Below, piece by piece: positions 1 to 10,062 of a stretch of 64,000 bases of DNA; the stretch's first letter is position 1; every line of letters begins with the position of its first letter. The position numbers and the translations under genes are program-made. The stretch comes from an uncultured Alcaligenaceae bacterium (GTDB lineage Bacteria; Planctomycetota; Planctomycetia; Gemmatales; Gemmataceae): contig CAYRFQ010000011.1 of the NCBI GenBank assembly GCA_964423615.1, positions 84,548-148,547 of the forward strand. The letters are read 5' to 3'. A model generated the notes under the pieces. That model was not told the DNA's origin. It ran no database searches and was given only the letters and a program-made list of their open reading frames with translations.

Positions 1-98
1 AAGGCCGCGAATCGTGAGGACCCGTTCAGCTGAGGTCCTTGGTGGAGGGACGACTGCCGATAAGTCCCATTCCAAATCTTCTGTGGGGAGTGGCTCTC

Positions 99-905
99 AT
101 GCAAATAAAACAAACATACGTTCTGTTTTTCGTTGCGTTCGGACTGTTGGTTTTCGCTGGCACCTTGCCCAATTCCGGAGCCCAAGAGCCGCAAGGGGCG
201 ATGGAGGAACAAGTTCTTTACTGGACGAACTATTATCGCAGTCATTTCGGCCGCAGGCCACTTCGACTCAACGCGCAGTTAAACGTAGCTGCCAAACAGC
301 ACGCACAAGCGATGGCGAACCAAGAGCTTATGGCCCACACCATCAATGACAAGACGGTGGTCAATCGAGTTCGACAGCATGGGTATGTGCATCAAGTCGT
401 AGGAGAAAACATAGGCTATTCGTTTGGATATGAAAACCCAGCCTGGCGATGTTTCTCTGGTTGGATGTATTCACCGAGCCACTGGAGAAATATCCAATCT
501 CTCGAATATACCGAAACTGGTCTGGGAGTTTCCGAGTCGAAGTCCGGTAAGCTCTATTTCTGCCAAATCTTCGCAATCCCAGCCCACCAAGAAAAACTCA
601 TTCGTGTCCCGTCATCGCCTTTTGTTGCAGAAACTATCCCGGCTCGACCTCAAAGATCACAACCAGCAAGAACTAATGGAAGATACCCGAACAAGGCTTC
701 TGGCCTTCGAACGTACCCGCAAGGTCTTTCAGCATTTCCCGCAATGCCACATGCACTTCGGTCTCAGTTTCCCTATCCCAGAGTTCGGACAACTCTGTAT
801 CCCAACCGAGAAGGCTTGTTCATTGGATTGGGAGGATTACAGTCTTTTCCGGTTGGAACTGGGGATTATTACGAGCATCCGTTCCAGAGTTATGTTGGGT
901 GGTAA
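99..905 (+). CDS. Secreted CAP/SCP/PR-1-like domain protein with Pro/Arg-rich C-terminal tail
   Basis: The ORF runs 39..905, but the internal Met at nt 99 begins a signal-peptide-like stretch (MQIKQTYVLFFVAFGLLVFAGT). The SCP-like core reads YWTNYYR...LxLNxxLNVAAKQHAQAMA...HT...GENIGY...YSPSHW. The C-terminal ~100 aa is low-complexity and P/R-rich. Confidence 0.55.
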   Translation: MQIKQTYVLFFVAFGLLVFAGTLPNSGAQEPQGAMEEQVLYWTNYYRSHFGRRPLRLNAQLNVAAKQHAQAMANQELMAHTINDKTVVNRVRQHGYVHQVVGENIGYSFGYENPAWRCFSGWMYSPSHWRNIQSLEYTETGLGVSESKSGKLYFCQIFAIPAHQEKLIRVPSSPFVAETIPARPQRSQPARTNGRYPNKASGLRTYPQGLSAFPAMPHALRSQFPYPRVRTTLYPNREGLFIGLGGLQSFPVGTGDYYEHPFQSYVGW

Positions 906-1114
906 CACGTAGGGTCATAAAATTATGTAGAAATGGAATGATCGGCTTTGGCCACTCGCAAACTTGATCGGGAGAAGGGAAAAAGCCGATTCGAGAGGCG
1001 AAAACTCAAACACCAAACACGAGTGGCGGAAAGAGTGTGGCAGTTGAAGACTACTTGGCAAAAGAAGAAAAATAAACAGCGTTGTTGAGTAAACCCGAAT
1101 GCGAGCTTGCCAAC

Positions 1115-2761
1115 TCAGGAATAGAATTCGTCGAGCTTGTCTTGGTATTTAGCGAAAACGACGTTCCGGCGTAATTTGAGACTCACTGTGAGTTCCTCGT
1201 TTTCTACCGTGAACGGTTCTGGAAGGACCAAGCACTTTTTGACCTGCTCCCAGCTTGCGAAGTCACGAAGAACTGTTTCCATCCGTTGGAGTAAGGTATC
1301 GATCACAGCTTTCTGTTGGCATAGATCCTTATCAGAAACTGCATCGAGATTAATAATACCCGATTGCGTCAACTGCAGCCTGAGTTTAGGCCAGTTTGGA
1401 ACAACTATGGCCGTGAGGAATGGACGCCCTTCCCCGTAGACCACAACCTGGTCCACGCATTCCTCGGTCACAAGGATGCTTTCGATCTGAGTTGGCAGTA
1501 GTTTCTTTCCGTTCGAAAGGACCAGTAATTCTTTCTTGCGTCCGGTGACCTTCAGGTGTCCGTCCTCGTCGATCATTCCCAGGTCTCCTGTGTGGAGCCA
1601 GCCGTCTTTGATGGCGTCAGCTGTCGCTTGCGGGTTACTCCAGTACCCTTGCATGACGTGGGGACCGCGAGTAAGGACTTCTCCATCGTCGGCTATTTTT
1701 ACCTCGATCCCGGGAATGGGTGGTCCGACTGTATCGAGCCTGGCGTTTCCAAGCAAATTCGTGGAGATGACGGGGGAACTCTCGGTCAGGCCGTAGCCGA
1801 TCAGGACTTCCAAACCGACATCGCGGAGGGCCTTTGCAACGGCGACGGGCATCGCGGCACCGCCCGCGCATAACCCTCGGATGCGATTACCGAAGACGGC
1901 CTTGAGATTCTCTCGAGGAACCCCTTGAACGACTTTTTCGTAGAATCGGGGAACCGCACAGAGCAACGTGGGGTTTACTTCCCGCAGCTGTTCCACGACA
2001 GTCTCCGCGGAGTCCGCAAGACATACACTGGTCCCACCAACTAGATTTGCGTAATGATCCACAGTCCTAGCGAATATGTGACTGAAGGGCAGCCAACTCA
2101 GAATTGGTCCTTCGTCTCGTGGGAAAATTGCGTCAGCCGTAGTCGAATTGCTCAGCAGATTCCCGTGCGAGAGCATAACTCCCTTCGGATTGCCCGTTGT
2201 TCCAGAGGTGTACATGATTGTTGCGAGTGATGAAGGAACCAGATTTTCTTCACGTCGGCGAAGTTCTTCCTCAACGTCAGCGAGGGCTGCGCGGCCTTTT
2301 TGCAAGAACTCAGTCCAGCTGATGCTGTCACTCGTGGTGCTGGCATCATCGAGTACCACGACGCCTTTGATGTTGGGCAACTCGTGTCGAACTTGGTGAA
2401 ACTTGTCCAGTTGAATCTTGTCGGAAACGAACAGCCAACTGACATCGGCATTCGAAAGTTGGAATTGAACTTGTCGAGGAGCCAAAGGAGCATGGGACGG
2501 GACGTTGACCGCAGCCGCTGTCAAAATCCCCATGTCGGCAATCAACCACTGGACCGAATTCTCGGCCAACAGGCCAACCCGGTCGCCAGGTTCGATTCCA
2601 TGAGCGATGAGGCTGGCGGCACACGCGATCGCTTGCTCGCGATATTCGTTCCAGCTGACCTCGTGGTAAGTGCCGCCCCGACGAAAACGAAGAGCGGGAC
2701 GTGGACCAAGCCGTTCGCTTTGCCTTTGGTGCAACTCGCTGAGATTCTTGTAGTTGGTCAT
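1115..2761 (-). CDS. Long-chain-fatty-acid--CoA ligase (AMP-dependent synthetase/ligase family)
   Basis: AMP-binding motif MYTSGTTGNPKGVMLSHGNL is present, plus GYGLTESS and a C-terminal ...TGRKKELLVLSNGKK...-type motif. The start is trimmed to Met-20 (MTNYKNLSEL), which I verified in frame at nt 2761. Confidence 0.85.
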   Translation of the reverse strand: MTNYKNLSELHQRQSERLGPRPALRFRRGGTYHEVSWNEYREQAIACAASLIAHGIEPGDRVGLLAENSVQWLIADMGILTAAAVNVPSHAPLAPRQVQFQLSNADVSWLFVSDKIQLDKFHQVRHELPNIKGVVVLDDASTTSDSISWTEFLQKGRAALADVEEELRRREENLVPSSLATIMYTSGTTGNPKGVMLSHGNLLSNSTTADAIFPRDEGPILSWLPFSHIFARTVDHYANLVGGTSVCLADSAETVVEQLREVNPTLLCAVPRFYEKVVQGVPRENLKAVFGNRIRGLCAGGAAMPVAVAKALRDVGLEVLIGYGLTESSPVISTNLLGNARLDTVGPPIPGIEVKIADDGEVLTRGPHVMQGYWSNPQATADAIKDGWLHTGDLGMIDEDGHLKVTGRKKELLVLSNGKKLLPTQIESILVTEECVDQVVVYGEGRPFLTAIVVPNWPKLRLQLTQSGIINLDAVSDKDLCQQKAVIDTLLQRMETVLRDFASWEQVKKCLVLPEPFTVENEELTVSLKLRRNVVFAKYQDKLDEFYS

Positions 2762-2872
2762 TGCCGATCCCGGTTGTTTGATTCGGATCGAGAAAACATG
2801 TTTCGTTTGCCCATTCACTCTACAATAAAGCTGGAAGATTTGCAGTCAGTTCACAATGGATAGGGGGACGGA

Positions 2873-3157
2873 ATGGAAACAAACCATGACGAAGGTGGCA
2901 AATGGCTCGGGATTTTTCTGACGGTATTGTTTGGCGGCGGGTTCGTCGTATTTCTGATGTTGGTCTCTGGTGGCTTTTTTCTCTACGTTGGTTTTGCCGG
3001 GATCGCCATCGCTTTATTGGGTGGGCTTCACTACATCACGTGGGGCCGATCGATGTCTCAAGAAGCGGCTGTCGAGAGGGCCCAACAAGAGGCGAACAGA
3101 CGTTTCGAGAGGGATCGCTACTACGCGGACGATTCAGAGCACATTCAGGAATTGTAG
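2873..3157 (+). CDS. Small hypothetical membrane protein with two predicted TM helices
   Basis: A 94-aa ORF sits in the gap between two minus-strand genes. It has two hydrophobic segments (LGIFLTVLFGGGFVVFLMLV and FFLYVGFAGIAIALLGGL) and a charged tail. No family was recognised. Confidence 0.35.
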   Translation: METNHDEGGKWLGIFLTVLFGGGFVVFLMLVSGGFFLYVGFAGIAIALLGGLHYITWGRSMSQEAAVERAQQEANRRFERDRYYADDSEHIQEL

Positions 3158-3173
3158 GACGCCGAGACCTTAC

Positions 3174-4253
3174 CTATCTTGGAGCTTTCCAAAAAGCCAT
3201 CGAGATGTGCAAGAGGCTCCAATAGATGAAGTTGGACCCTTCAACGAGTTGGCTCAGGATGCCGACTCGATCCCACACATACACACGTAGGGCCATCAAG
3301 CTCAACACGATGCCGACAATAGAGATGTGGAGGACAATAAACCCTGTTGGCGTCCGGCGTAACCAAGTCCAGAGCGTAAACCGTTCGGGACGTGTTTCGT
3401 TGGCTAGTTGGTAAGAGACAAAGACCAACCATGCTCCCGCGTGAACAAGAATGATCAAGTTGAAAGCAGTCGAACCCACAATCATTCCGAATGAGAGCGT
3501 CAGGAAGATGATGCCATAGATCGTGGCCAACGGCTTGTGTTTGAGGAGAGCTTGATCGACCGAACCGTACGTTTGTATCGCTGCACGTCGTACGTTGACC
3601 AGAGCCAGGGCACACAATAGCGCTATACCCAGGCTTCCGATCATGTACCAATGCGAAGGAATTGTGTACAGGATTTCTTTATGTTTGATGCACATTCCGT
3701 GGATGACTTGACCAATCGCAAGTATGGCTACCAGAAACGTGATTGTGGCCCACCGAAGGGCGGGCAAGAATGTCTTTGTTTTTTCTCCATCCCCTGGAGC
3801 GTCTCCGTAGCGTTGATAGATATTCGATTGGTCGCGTAACTCGTGAACGAGAAAGTATCCATAGAAAAGTATTATGACGAAGGGATTACTCGATGCTCCC
3901 AGGAAGTACACAAAGAAACACAATCCAATGCCAATGAGGGTGAGCCAGCCAAGTCGCATGGCCGCACGTGGGTTCCGGACTCTGGAGGACGTGAACAGAA
4001 ATAACCACCCGATGATGAAGTGCGCCAAACCACAAGCACGCATGGTCACGGCGGCTGGTGATTCCATGAACCGTCTGGGCGGTTGCAGGAGATACTTTTC
4101 GAGCAGGTAGATGAGACAACCGATCGCAATCGCTGCCCAGGCGCAGGCGATGGCATAGACAAACTGTCTGACAGATCGTTTGTCCAATTCCTCTCGCCAT
4201 GTTCTGGCAATGGTGAACAGCGCCATCCTGCACTTCCCTTCCGTGGAATCCAA
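3174..4253 (-). CDS. Hypothetical polytopic integral membrane protein
   Basis: The 359-aa ORF has at least 8 hydrophobic helices. No catalytic motif was recognised. An alternative start lies at Met-10 (nt 4226). Confidence 0.5.
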   Translation of the reverse strand: MDSTEGKCRMALFTIARTWREELDKRSVRQFVYAIACAWAAIAIGCLIYLLEKYLLQPPRRFMESPAAVTMRACGLAHFIIGWLFLFTSSRVRNPRAAMRLGWLTLIGIGLCFFVYFLGASSNPFVIILFYGYFLVHELRDQSNIYQRYGDAPGDGEKTKTFLPALRWATITFLVAILAIGQVIHGMCIKHKEILYTIPSHWYMIGSLGIALLCALALVNVRRAAIQTYGSVDQALLKHKPLATIYGIIFLTLSFGMIVGSTAFNLIILVHAGAWLVFVSYQLANETRPERFTLWTWLRRTPTGFIVLHISIVGIVLSLMALRVYVWDRVGILSQLVEGSNFIYWSLLHISMAFWKAPR

Positions 4254-4371
4254 ACCAAAATGTAGAGAAAACCGGCTGGATTATAACGACTCGTCAGGAT
4301 AAGAAAAGTCGCCTTGAAGCACCTCGGGTAGTATTTTCTAACGTTTTTGTAAAATCTTACCTCACTCTGTA

Positions 4372-4884
4372 ATGTCTCCACAAAACACACACAATGACGA
4401 CGATTCGGGAAAAAATGTCCTTCGAGGAATTCAGGAAAAGATGGGCATAATTCCACACGTGTTTCGGGCCATGAACGCGTGTCCCGAAGTGGTGGAAGCC
4501 ACCTTATTGTTTGAAGAAGGTACGAAATCCTATCTCGATCCCAAGTTGTGGGAACTCGCTTATCTCAAAGCCAGTTCTCTGAATGGTTGCCAACCGTGTG
4601 TGAACTACCACGCCAAGAAAGGAAAACAGTCTGGACTGACTCCAGAGCAACTACAAGCTGTTGAAACTGGTGGATCAATGGAGTCTTTCGACGACCTGGA
4701 ACAAGGTGTCTTACGGTTTGTCGAACAATGGATCGTCGGAGGTTCGGTGGATTCTGAGTTAGTCCAGAGATTGTGTAGCGAGCTAGGAGAGAGTGGCCTG
4801 ACGGCGTTGGCCGCGACAATTTCTTTGGCGACATGGATTAACCAATTTACCAAAGTTGCCGAGATCCTCCGTCGAAGTCGCTGA
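4372..4884 (+). CDS. Carboxymuconolactone decarboxylase / AhpD-like family protein
   Basis: At 170 aa, with the motif ...LNGCQPCVNYH... (CxxC plus His), it matches the AhpD/CMD core and size. Confidence 0.55.
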   Translation: MSPQNTHNDDDSGKNVLRGIQEKMGIIPHVFRAMNACPEVVEATLLFEEGTKSYLDPKLWELAYLKASSLNGCQPCVNYHAKKGKQSGLTPEQLQAVETGGSMESFDDLEQGVLRFVEQWIVGGSVDSELVQRLCSELGESGLTALAATISLATWINQFTKVAEILRRSR

Positions 4885-5022
4885 TTCCTTCTGACTTCTC
4901 CGCCCCTCCCTTGTTTTGCTTTTTCCCATCTGTTACTTGTCTTGTGCATAGCCGTTCACGGATCGAACTGCTTTCTCCTTTGCGACTGCCACGATTGCCT
5001 TTCTAACAATTCGAAGAAAGGA

Positions 5023-7464
5023 ATGTATATGAACGCATGGATGCGTTTATTCCTTCTATCGGCATCGTTACTGTGCTGCCTCGGAACTTGCTACGCCCAA
5101 CAAGCTCCTCAGAAATTCCCCGTACGCGAACATCAACACGTTGATCTACTTCCCAAACAGGCCATCGCTCGCGTGGGTACGACACGTCTGCGACACAGTG
5201 CCGATTTGTTATCCGTTGTCCACTCTGTGGACGGTCGATTCATCGCTACGGTTGGAAAGGACTTTCGAGTGTGTGTCTGGGACGGTCGTCAATGGCATCT
5301 CGTCTGCGAGATCGCCGAGGCGAGAACGAATATTCATTCGGTGGCGCTCTCACCAGATGGAAATTATCTCGCAATTGGAACCGCAAACACGACGAAATCA
5401 CGGGACAGGCACGTCCGCGTCTATTCGCTGCCGTCAGGGAAACTTGTGTGGAAACACCAAGCGGATAGTTGGGTGATCACGACTCACCTTGCGTTTTCCG
5501 CCGATAACTCCGCGTTGGCTGCCTATGGTTTTGGCCAACTGTGTCGATGGGACACCAAGACTGGGCGGAAGTTAGGTTCGTTGAGGTGGGAGCAAGATGG
5601 TGGAACCGTGGCCATCTCGGCAGACCATCGGTTGATAGCCCATGACAACTCGCCAAGCTCGACCACCATCATCCTGAGAGACGCAAACTCCGGGAAAAAA
5701 GTCGGGAGGCTCGGATCGCACGACAATGTGATCTATACTTTTGCTTTCTCTCCGGACGGAAAGCGTTTGTTCTCCAGTTCATCCATTGGACCTGTGTTAG
5801 TGTGGGACGTGACGAAACAAACGATATGTCGGAAAATCTCCTCCGTCGGGGCGTCAAGTTTCGGATTCTCTGCCGATAGCCAGTTGGTGAGCATTCTGGA
5901 TGTAGGCGGGAGAGTATCGATCTGGAATCTCGCCACCAAGAAACAACTCTCGAAGTGGGCTCAGCGAGAGTTGTCAGCTCCCCTGGGCATCTCGGCAGCA
6001 GCCTTGTGTTCGGAGGGGAAGCAGTTGGCCGTTATCAAAACGGGTTCGCAAGTACTTTGGATGTATGACGTCCCAACAGGGAATCGGCTTTCTCCTCCAC
6101 GGAGCCATAATGGTCCGATCCGGTCGGTGGCTTTCTCTCCCCTCTCGACAACGGTTGCCGTCAGTTCGACCACGTTCGAATCCGCATTTCAGCCTCAGCA
6201 CGAACTCGCTCTATGGAACGCACAAAATGGAAAGCTCGAAAGGCCTCTCGAAAATCCCCCGATGACGTACTCGCGTGTCTTCGTGGATGTCATTCCGAAC
6301 ACGTTCATTGGCTCGACTTCTACTGGTTCGACACCAATTCTTTTCGATTGGAAGAATAACAAAAAGCTGGAATCTCCGTGGCAATCGAAGCCCCGACCAG
6401 ACCACAGTTCCACAGTCCCCCTCCCGGTTGCGGTTTCTCCTGGAGGTCTCGTTGCGTTTGCTTGTCACGACGACACCCTTCAAATCTGGAACTTAAAAGA
6501 CCGACGGCTTGTGGTGAAGTGCCCCAGTTTTTTACCCACCATCGGTTCGTTAGATTTCTCTCCCGATGGGCAAGAACTCGCCGTCTGTGGGGAGAATGGT
6601 GTAGTCTTGTGGAACTGGCAGTCAGGTGGTTGTTCTCCGATCTACCAAACGCCGAAGGCGGACCTCGTTCGGTATTCCGGGGACGGGCAAAGGGTGGCGA
6701 TCTTGGTTCGAGGGGACAGTTCACGAATAGCCCTTTGGAATCGGCAAACGCGACAACTCCGAGAGCGTTTCCTCGACTTGCCGATCGTTGGCGACTTGGC
6801 CTTTGCTCCCGATGGCAAAACGTTGGCTGTTGCTACGGCTGCAAAAGCCGATACTCTCACTCCGGAGTTGAGAATCTACGAAGTCGCCAGTGGCCAAATT
6901 CGCAGTTCCTTTCGGGGGCACACCGGGCTGATCAGCTGTCTGGCCTTTTCTCGGGATGGAACGCGACTGGCATCTGGTAGCGAGGATACAACGACCTTGA
7001 TTTGGAACGTGAGTCCATCGTCGGGGGCAAATCAAAAACGAAAACCGTTGACCGCCATCCGATTCGAGAAGTTATGGTCGCTTCTCAAATCTGAGAATGC
7101 CGGGAAGGCCTACGGGGCTATGCGAGTGTTGGTCAGTCATGGTCGACAGGCCGAAGGCCTCATCACCCAGAAACTCACTGAGGCAGTGACCATTACGCCT
7201 ACAGAAATTGATCGAACGATACGGCTTCTTGATCACAAAAGATACGCCTATCGAGAACGAGCGATGATTCGTCTCGTCCACCTTGGTCGAAATGCCATTC
7301 CGCAACTCCAAGAAGCGCTCGCCAAAGAAACATCACGCGAACTCCGAGAACGCATCGACACGTTGTTGGTGCGGATCCGGGAGAAGCCCCTGGAAGGAGA
7401 TCAACTTCGGACGACGCGGGTGAACGAAGTTCTCGATTGGATCAGGCGGTTGTCCAAGCCTTAG
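5023..7464 (+). CDS. Secreted WD40 β-propeller protein with conserved ~140-aa C-terminal α-helical module
   Basis: The ORF is 4942..7464, and the likely start is Met-28 (MYMNAWMRLFLLSASLLCCLGTCYAQQ, a signal peptide). It contains many WD repeats (e.g. VAFSPDG..., ...IWNL..., LAFSRDGTRLASGSEDTTTLIWNV). Its C-terminal segment is paralogous to the C-terminus of the 14834..17539 protein. Confidence 0.75.
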   Translation: MYMNAWMRLFLLSASLLCCLGTCYAQQAPQKFPVREHQHVDLLPKQAIARVGTTRLRHSADLLSVVHSVDGRFIATVGKDFRVCVWDGRQWHLVCEIAEARTNIHSVALSPDGNYLAIGTANTTKSRDRHVRVYSLPSGKLVWKHQADSWVITTHLAFSADNSALAAYGFGQLCRWDTKTGRKLGSLRWEQDGGTVAISADHRLIAHDNSPSSTTIILRDANSGKKVGRLGSHDNVIYTFAFSPDGKRLFSSSSIGPVLVWDVTKQTICRKISSVGASSFGFSADSQLVSILDVGGRVSIWNLATKKQLSKWAQRELSAPLGISAAALCSEGKQLAVIKTGSQVLWMYDVPTGNRLSPPRSHNGPIRSVAFSPLSTTVAVSSTTFESAFQPQHELALWNAQNGKLERPLENPPMTYSRVFVDVIPNTFIGSTSTGSTPILFDWKNNKKLESPWQSKPRPDHSSTVPLPVAVSPGGLVAFACHDDTLQIWNLKDRRLVVKCPSFLPTIGSLDFSPDGQELAVCGENGVVLWNWQSGGCSPIYQTPKADLVRYSGDGQRVAILVRGDSSRIALWNRQTRQLRERFLDLPIVGDLAFAPDGKTLAVATAAKADTLTPELRIYEVASGQIRSSFRGHTGLISCLAFSRDGTRLASGSEDTTTLIWNVSPSSGANQKRKPLTAIRFEKLWSLLKSENAGKAYGAMRVLVSHGRQAEGLITQKLTEAVTITPTEIDRTIRLLDHKRYAYRERAMIRLVHLGRNAIPQLQEALAKETSRELRERIDTLLVRIREKPLEGDQLRTTRVNEVLDWIRRLSKP

Positions 7465-7558
7465 TCGTCCGTTTCAAAAATAACGTCCCGGTTAGTCTGG
7501 CCCTCGGATCAATCGTCTTGAACGGCTTGATTTTGGGGTTGGACTCGTCATTGGACCG

Positions 7559-8878
7559 CTATTTCGGACGTCGTCGACTATCGGGAATGAGACCTTCTCC
7601 AATCATCCGTCGAAATAGCACGTACTGAATGATCGAGTAATATCCCTCTTGTTTTTCTGGAACGACTACCATGGGAACAAGGCACATCTCGTCGCTTGTT
7701 TGTTCGCCGAACGTCACACGTTTGGGAGGGCTATTCGGGTTGAACGGGTTATTGTCGGAATTATCGTAGACCGCGTTGATCGTGAGCTTTGTTCCCTTCG
7801 GGAGCTTAAACGGCTTTTGAAAAATGTATTGGTCTTGCCAATCGAAGTCCCAATCTGGAATGCGGACGAGGACTTTCTTCTTCGCTTCCCCAGGTAGCTT
7901 GGCAAGCAGTTCAATCTTTCGCCCAATCAAGTGCATATGGGGAAAAGTCCCATAAACAGTCACGTCTGTTGGAAGTGTGGCGTGGGTGGTGATTTTGTAG
8001 TCGTTTTTGCCCGCTGGGATGTCGATGTGTCGGGTCCCAATGGTGAACGGAAGCAGCGCTTTTCCTTTCTTCTTGGTGAAATAAATTCCAACCTCCGATT
8101 GATCTTTCTCGACCTTTCCAGTCGGGTGATAGTGCATCTGCAAGATGAGATCGGCTCCACCAGGGAGCCACCACCCAACGTTGCCAGGCCAACGCCGAGG
8201 GCTCACGCCCGGTGCCCATCCGCCGAGAATCCCGATGGCAGGGACTCCAGGTCCCCCGAAGGATGTGTATCCTGGGCCTTTTTCTTGCTTGTCCCGTTCG
8301 CGTCCGATGCCGGATTTGTCGAGAAAGAACACCGAGTGATGAACGACCCTCCGGTTTCCAGGATGAAACTCGACTGCGGCAACCGTTCGATCTTCTTTCA
8401 AACCGGTCGGAATTGCAAAACACCGATAGACATCGGGACCATCGGCCGGAATGGTGAAAGGCTCTGGCATTCGCAAGATCAAATCGGGCTGGCCGAGGAC
8501 CCAACCTTTTTTGAATTTGGGAATGGCAGGCATGTCCTTGGGATCACCTTTCGGCGCTCCGGCTTTGGCCCATCGGACCAAAACATCCAATTCTTCGTTA
8601 GACAACCCGCGTTCATCTCGAAACTGTATGTGGCCACGTTCCGCCTTCCAAGGCGGCATTCGTTTGTTCTGGGTGACTTCGACAAGGAAATTCGCACGCT
8701 TCGCCGCGTCTTTGTAACTCAAAAGTGAGAACGGAGCTACTTCGCCAGGCCGGTGGCAACGAGCGCAATGCTGGAACAAAATCGGAGCAACGTCCTTACA
8801 GTAAGTTACTTGGCTTGCGTAGGCAGTGGAACCAGTAGTTATCGTCAAAAGAACGGTAAAAAGATAGTGTTTCTTCAT
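7559..8878 (-). CDS. PSCyt1-type heme-c domain fused to copper type II ascorbate-dependent monooxygenase-like (PHM/DBH-like) domain
   Basis: A signal peptide (MKKHYLFTVLLTITTGSTAYAS) is followed by CARCHRPGEVAPFSLLSY (a CxxCH heme site typical of Planctomycete cytochrome C). Downstream, VVHHSVFF, QMHYHP, FPHMHLIG and DEMCLV occur with roughly 65-85-aa spacing. That spacing matches the CuH (H,H,H) and CuM (HxH...M) ligand sets of PHM-like monooxygenases. The start is trimmed to Met-16. Confidence 0.55.
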   Translation of the reverse strand: MKKHYLFTVLLTITTGSTAYASQVTYCKDVAPILFQHCARCHRPGEVAPFSLLSYKDAAKRANFLVEVTQNKRMPPWKAERGHIQFRDERGLSNEELDVLVRWAKAGAPKGDPKDMPAIPKFKKGWVLGQPDLILRMPEPFTIPADGPDVYRCFAIPTGLKEDRTVAAVEFHPGNRRVVHHSVFFLDKSGIGRERDKQEKGPGYTSFGGPGVPAIGILGGWAPGVSPRRWPGNVGWWLPGGADLILQMHYHPTGKVEKDQSEVGIYFTKKKGKALLPFTIGTRHIDIPAGKNDYKITTHATLPTDVTVYGTFPHMHLIGRKIELLAKLPGEAKKKVLVRIPDWDFDWQDQYIFQKPFKLPKGTKLTINAVYDNSDNNPFNPNSPPKRVTFGEQTSDEMCLVPMVVVPEKQEGYYSIIQYVLFRRMIGEGLIPDSRRRPK

Positions 8879-8938
8879 GGGGCGACTCTCCTTCTCAACA
8901 GGGATCCGTTTTCTGGGGTGCATCTTGCGTTGTTCACT

Positions 8939-9538
8939 CTATTTACTTTGTCCAGGGAGAGCAGGAAGTGGACAACCAAAAGCCTTGGTCCGCTGGACTC
9001 GGGGTTGTTTCCCTGCAATGACGGCATCGAGGGCCTCGCGAAGGTCGCGTTTGCGAGGTTCCCTTCGACGTCGACCGTTGAGGAGATACCAGTCATCGAT
9101 CCGCCCGCCGTAGAAGAGCTCTCCTCGGTTGTTCAACAATGCGGCTTCCGGAACGCGTTTCGCCCGTGTGTGCTGCGCGAAAGTTTGTGCCGGGTCGAGA
9201 AGCACAGGAAAGGTGAACTTGTATTCTTTCGCGTGCTTACGAATATGTTTGGCAGAGGCTTCGGGGTCAGAAATGATACCGTAGAAAACCACTTGTTGTT
9301 TCGAGTATTTCTCGGCAATACGATTCATCTCAGGAACATACAGTTTCGACACCGGACACTCTGTGTCCATAAAGAACAGCACCACAAACTTGGAATCTTT
9401 CCACTCCTTCTCGGTGCGAAGTTGTCCATTCACATCGCGTAGCTGGAATTCGAGCTGTGTAGTCGGTTCCGCTTGACCAGAGATCTCTTGGACGGAAAGA
9501 AAGAAGAGCATGTAAGTAAGTAGACCCGCAGAAAACAT
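8939..9538 (-). CDS. Thioredoxin-fold redoxin (AhpC/TSA / thiol-disulfide oxidoreductase-like), secreted
   Basis: Residues FVVLFFMDTECPVSKLYVPEM contain a CxxS/thioredoxin-like active-site context. A signal-like N-terminus begins at the internal Met (MFSAGLLTYMLFFLSVQEISGQA), which I verified at nt 9538. The longer 281-aa ORF has a low-complexity N-terminal extension. Confidence 0.5.
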   Translation of the reverse strand: MFSAGLLTYMLFFLSVQEISGQAEPTTQLEFQLRDVNGQLRTEKEWKDSKFVVLFFMDTECPVSKLYVPEMNRIAEKYSKQQVVFYGIISDPEASAKHIRKHAKEYKFTFPVLLDPAQTFAQHTRAKRVPEAALLNNRGELFYGGRIDDWYLLNGRRRREPRKRDLREALDAVIAGKQPRVQRTKAFGCPLPALPGQSK

Positions 9539-10062
9539 GAGCAAGGACTCCTTTGAATTGTTCCCGGTCTTGAGTTTCAGTAAGGGAAGCGAAAAAAAGC
9601 CTCTCAGGAGTATCACCACCAAGATTGTACCAAAGGAGTTGCAAGGAGGGGATTTTTGCCCCGTGGAGGTGTGTTTGTTGGAAACCGGAGGACTGTGGTT
9701 GAAGAAGTCGTCGGTCCGAGCCTTTGTCAACTGCCCCCGTACTGCTTTGTTGGGAATCTCGAGGAAAATTTGTGGGGAGGACACGTGGTCTTGTGCTTTC
9801 TGGGCTTCCCGAGATGTATCTCCAAGAGGATGCCCAGAAATTCCGGTTTACTCTGCGTTCGGCTATAATAATGCCCTGTCTATTCCAGTTCGAGAATAAG
9901 GTGTTTTGGTCCTGGATGATAAGTTAGTGGTCGTGAAGGTGCGCTTTTGGTTATGGTGGTGTATGCCGAGGTCACGAACAAAGATGATCAATTCGATTCC
10001 AATCTCAGGCCTGAAGGCGCACCCATAACTTTCCTTACATTCGTATCGGAACTCCCAATCTC

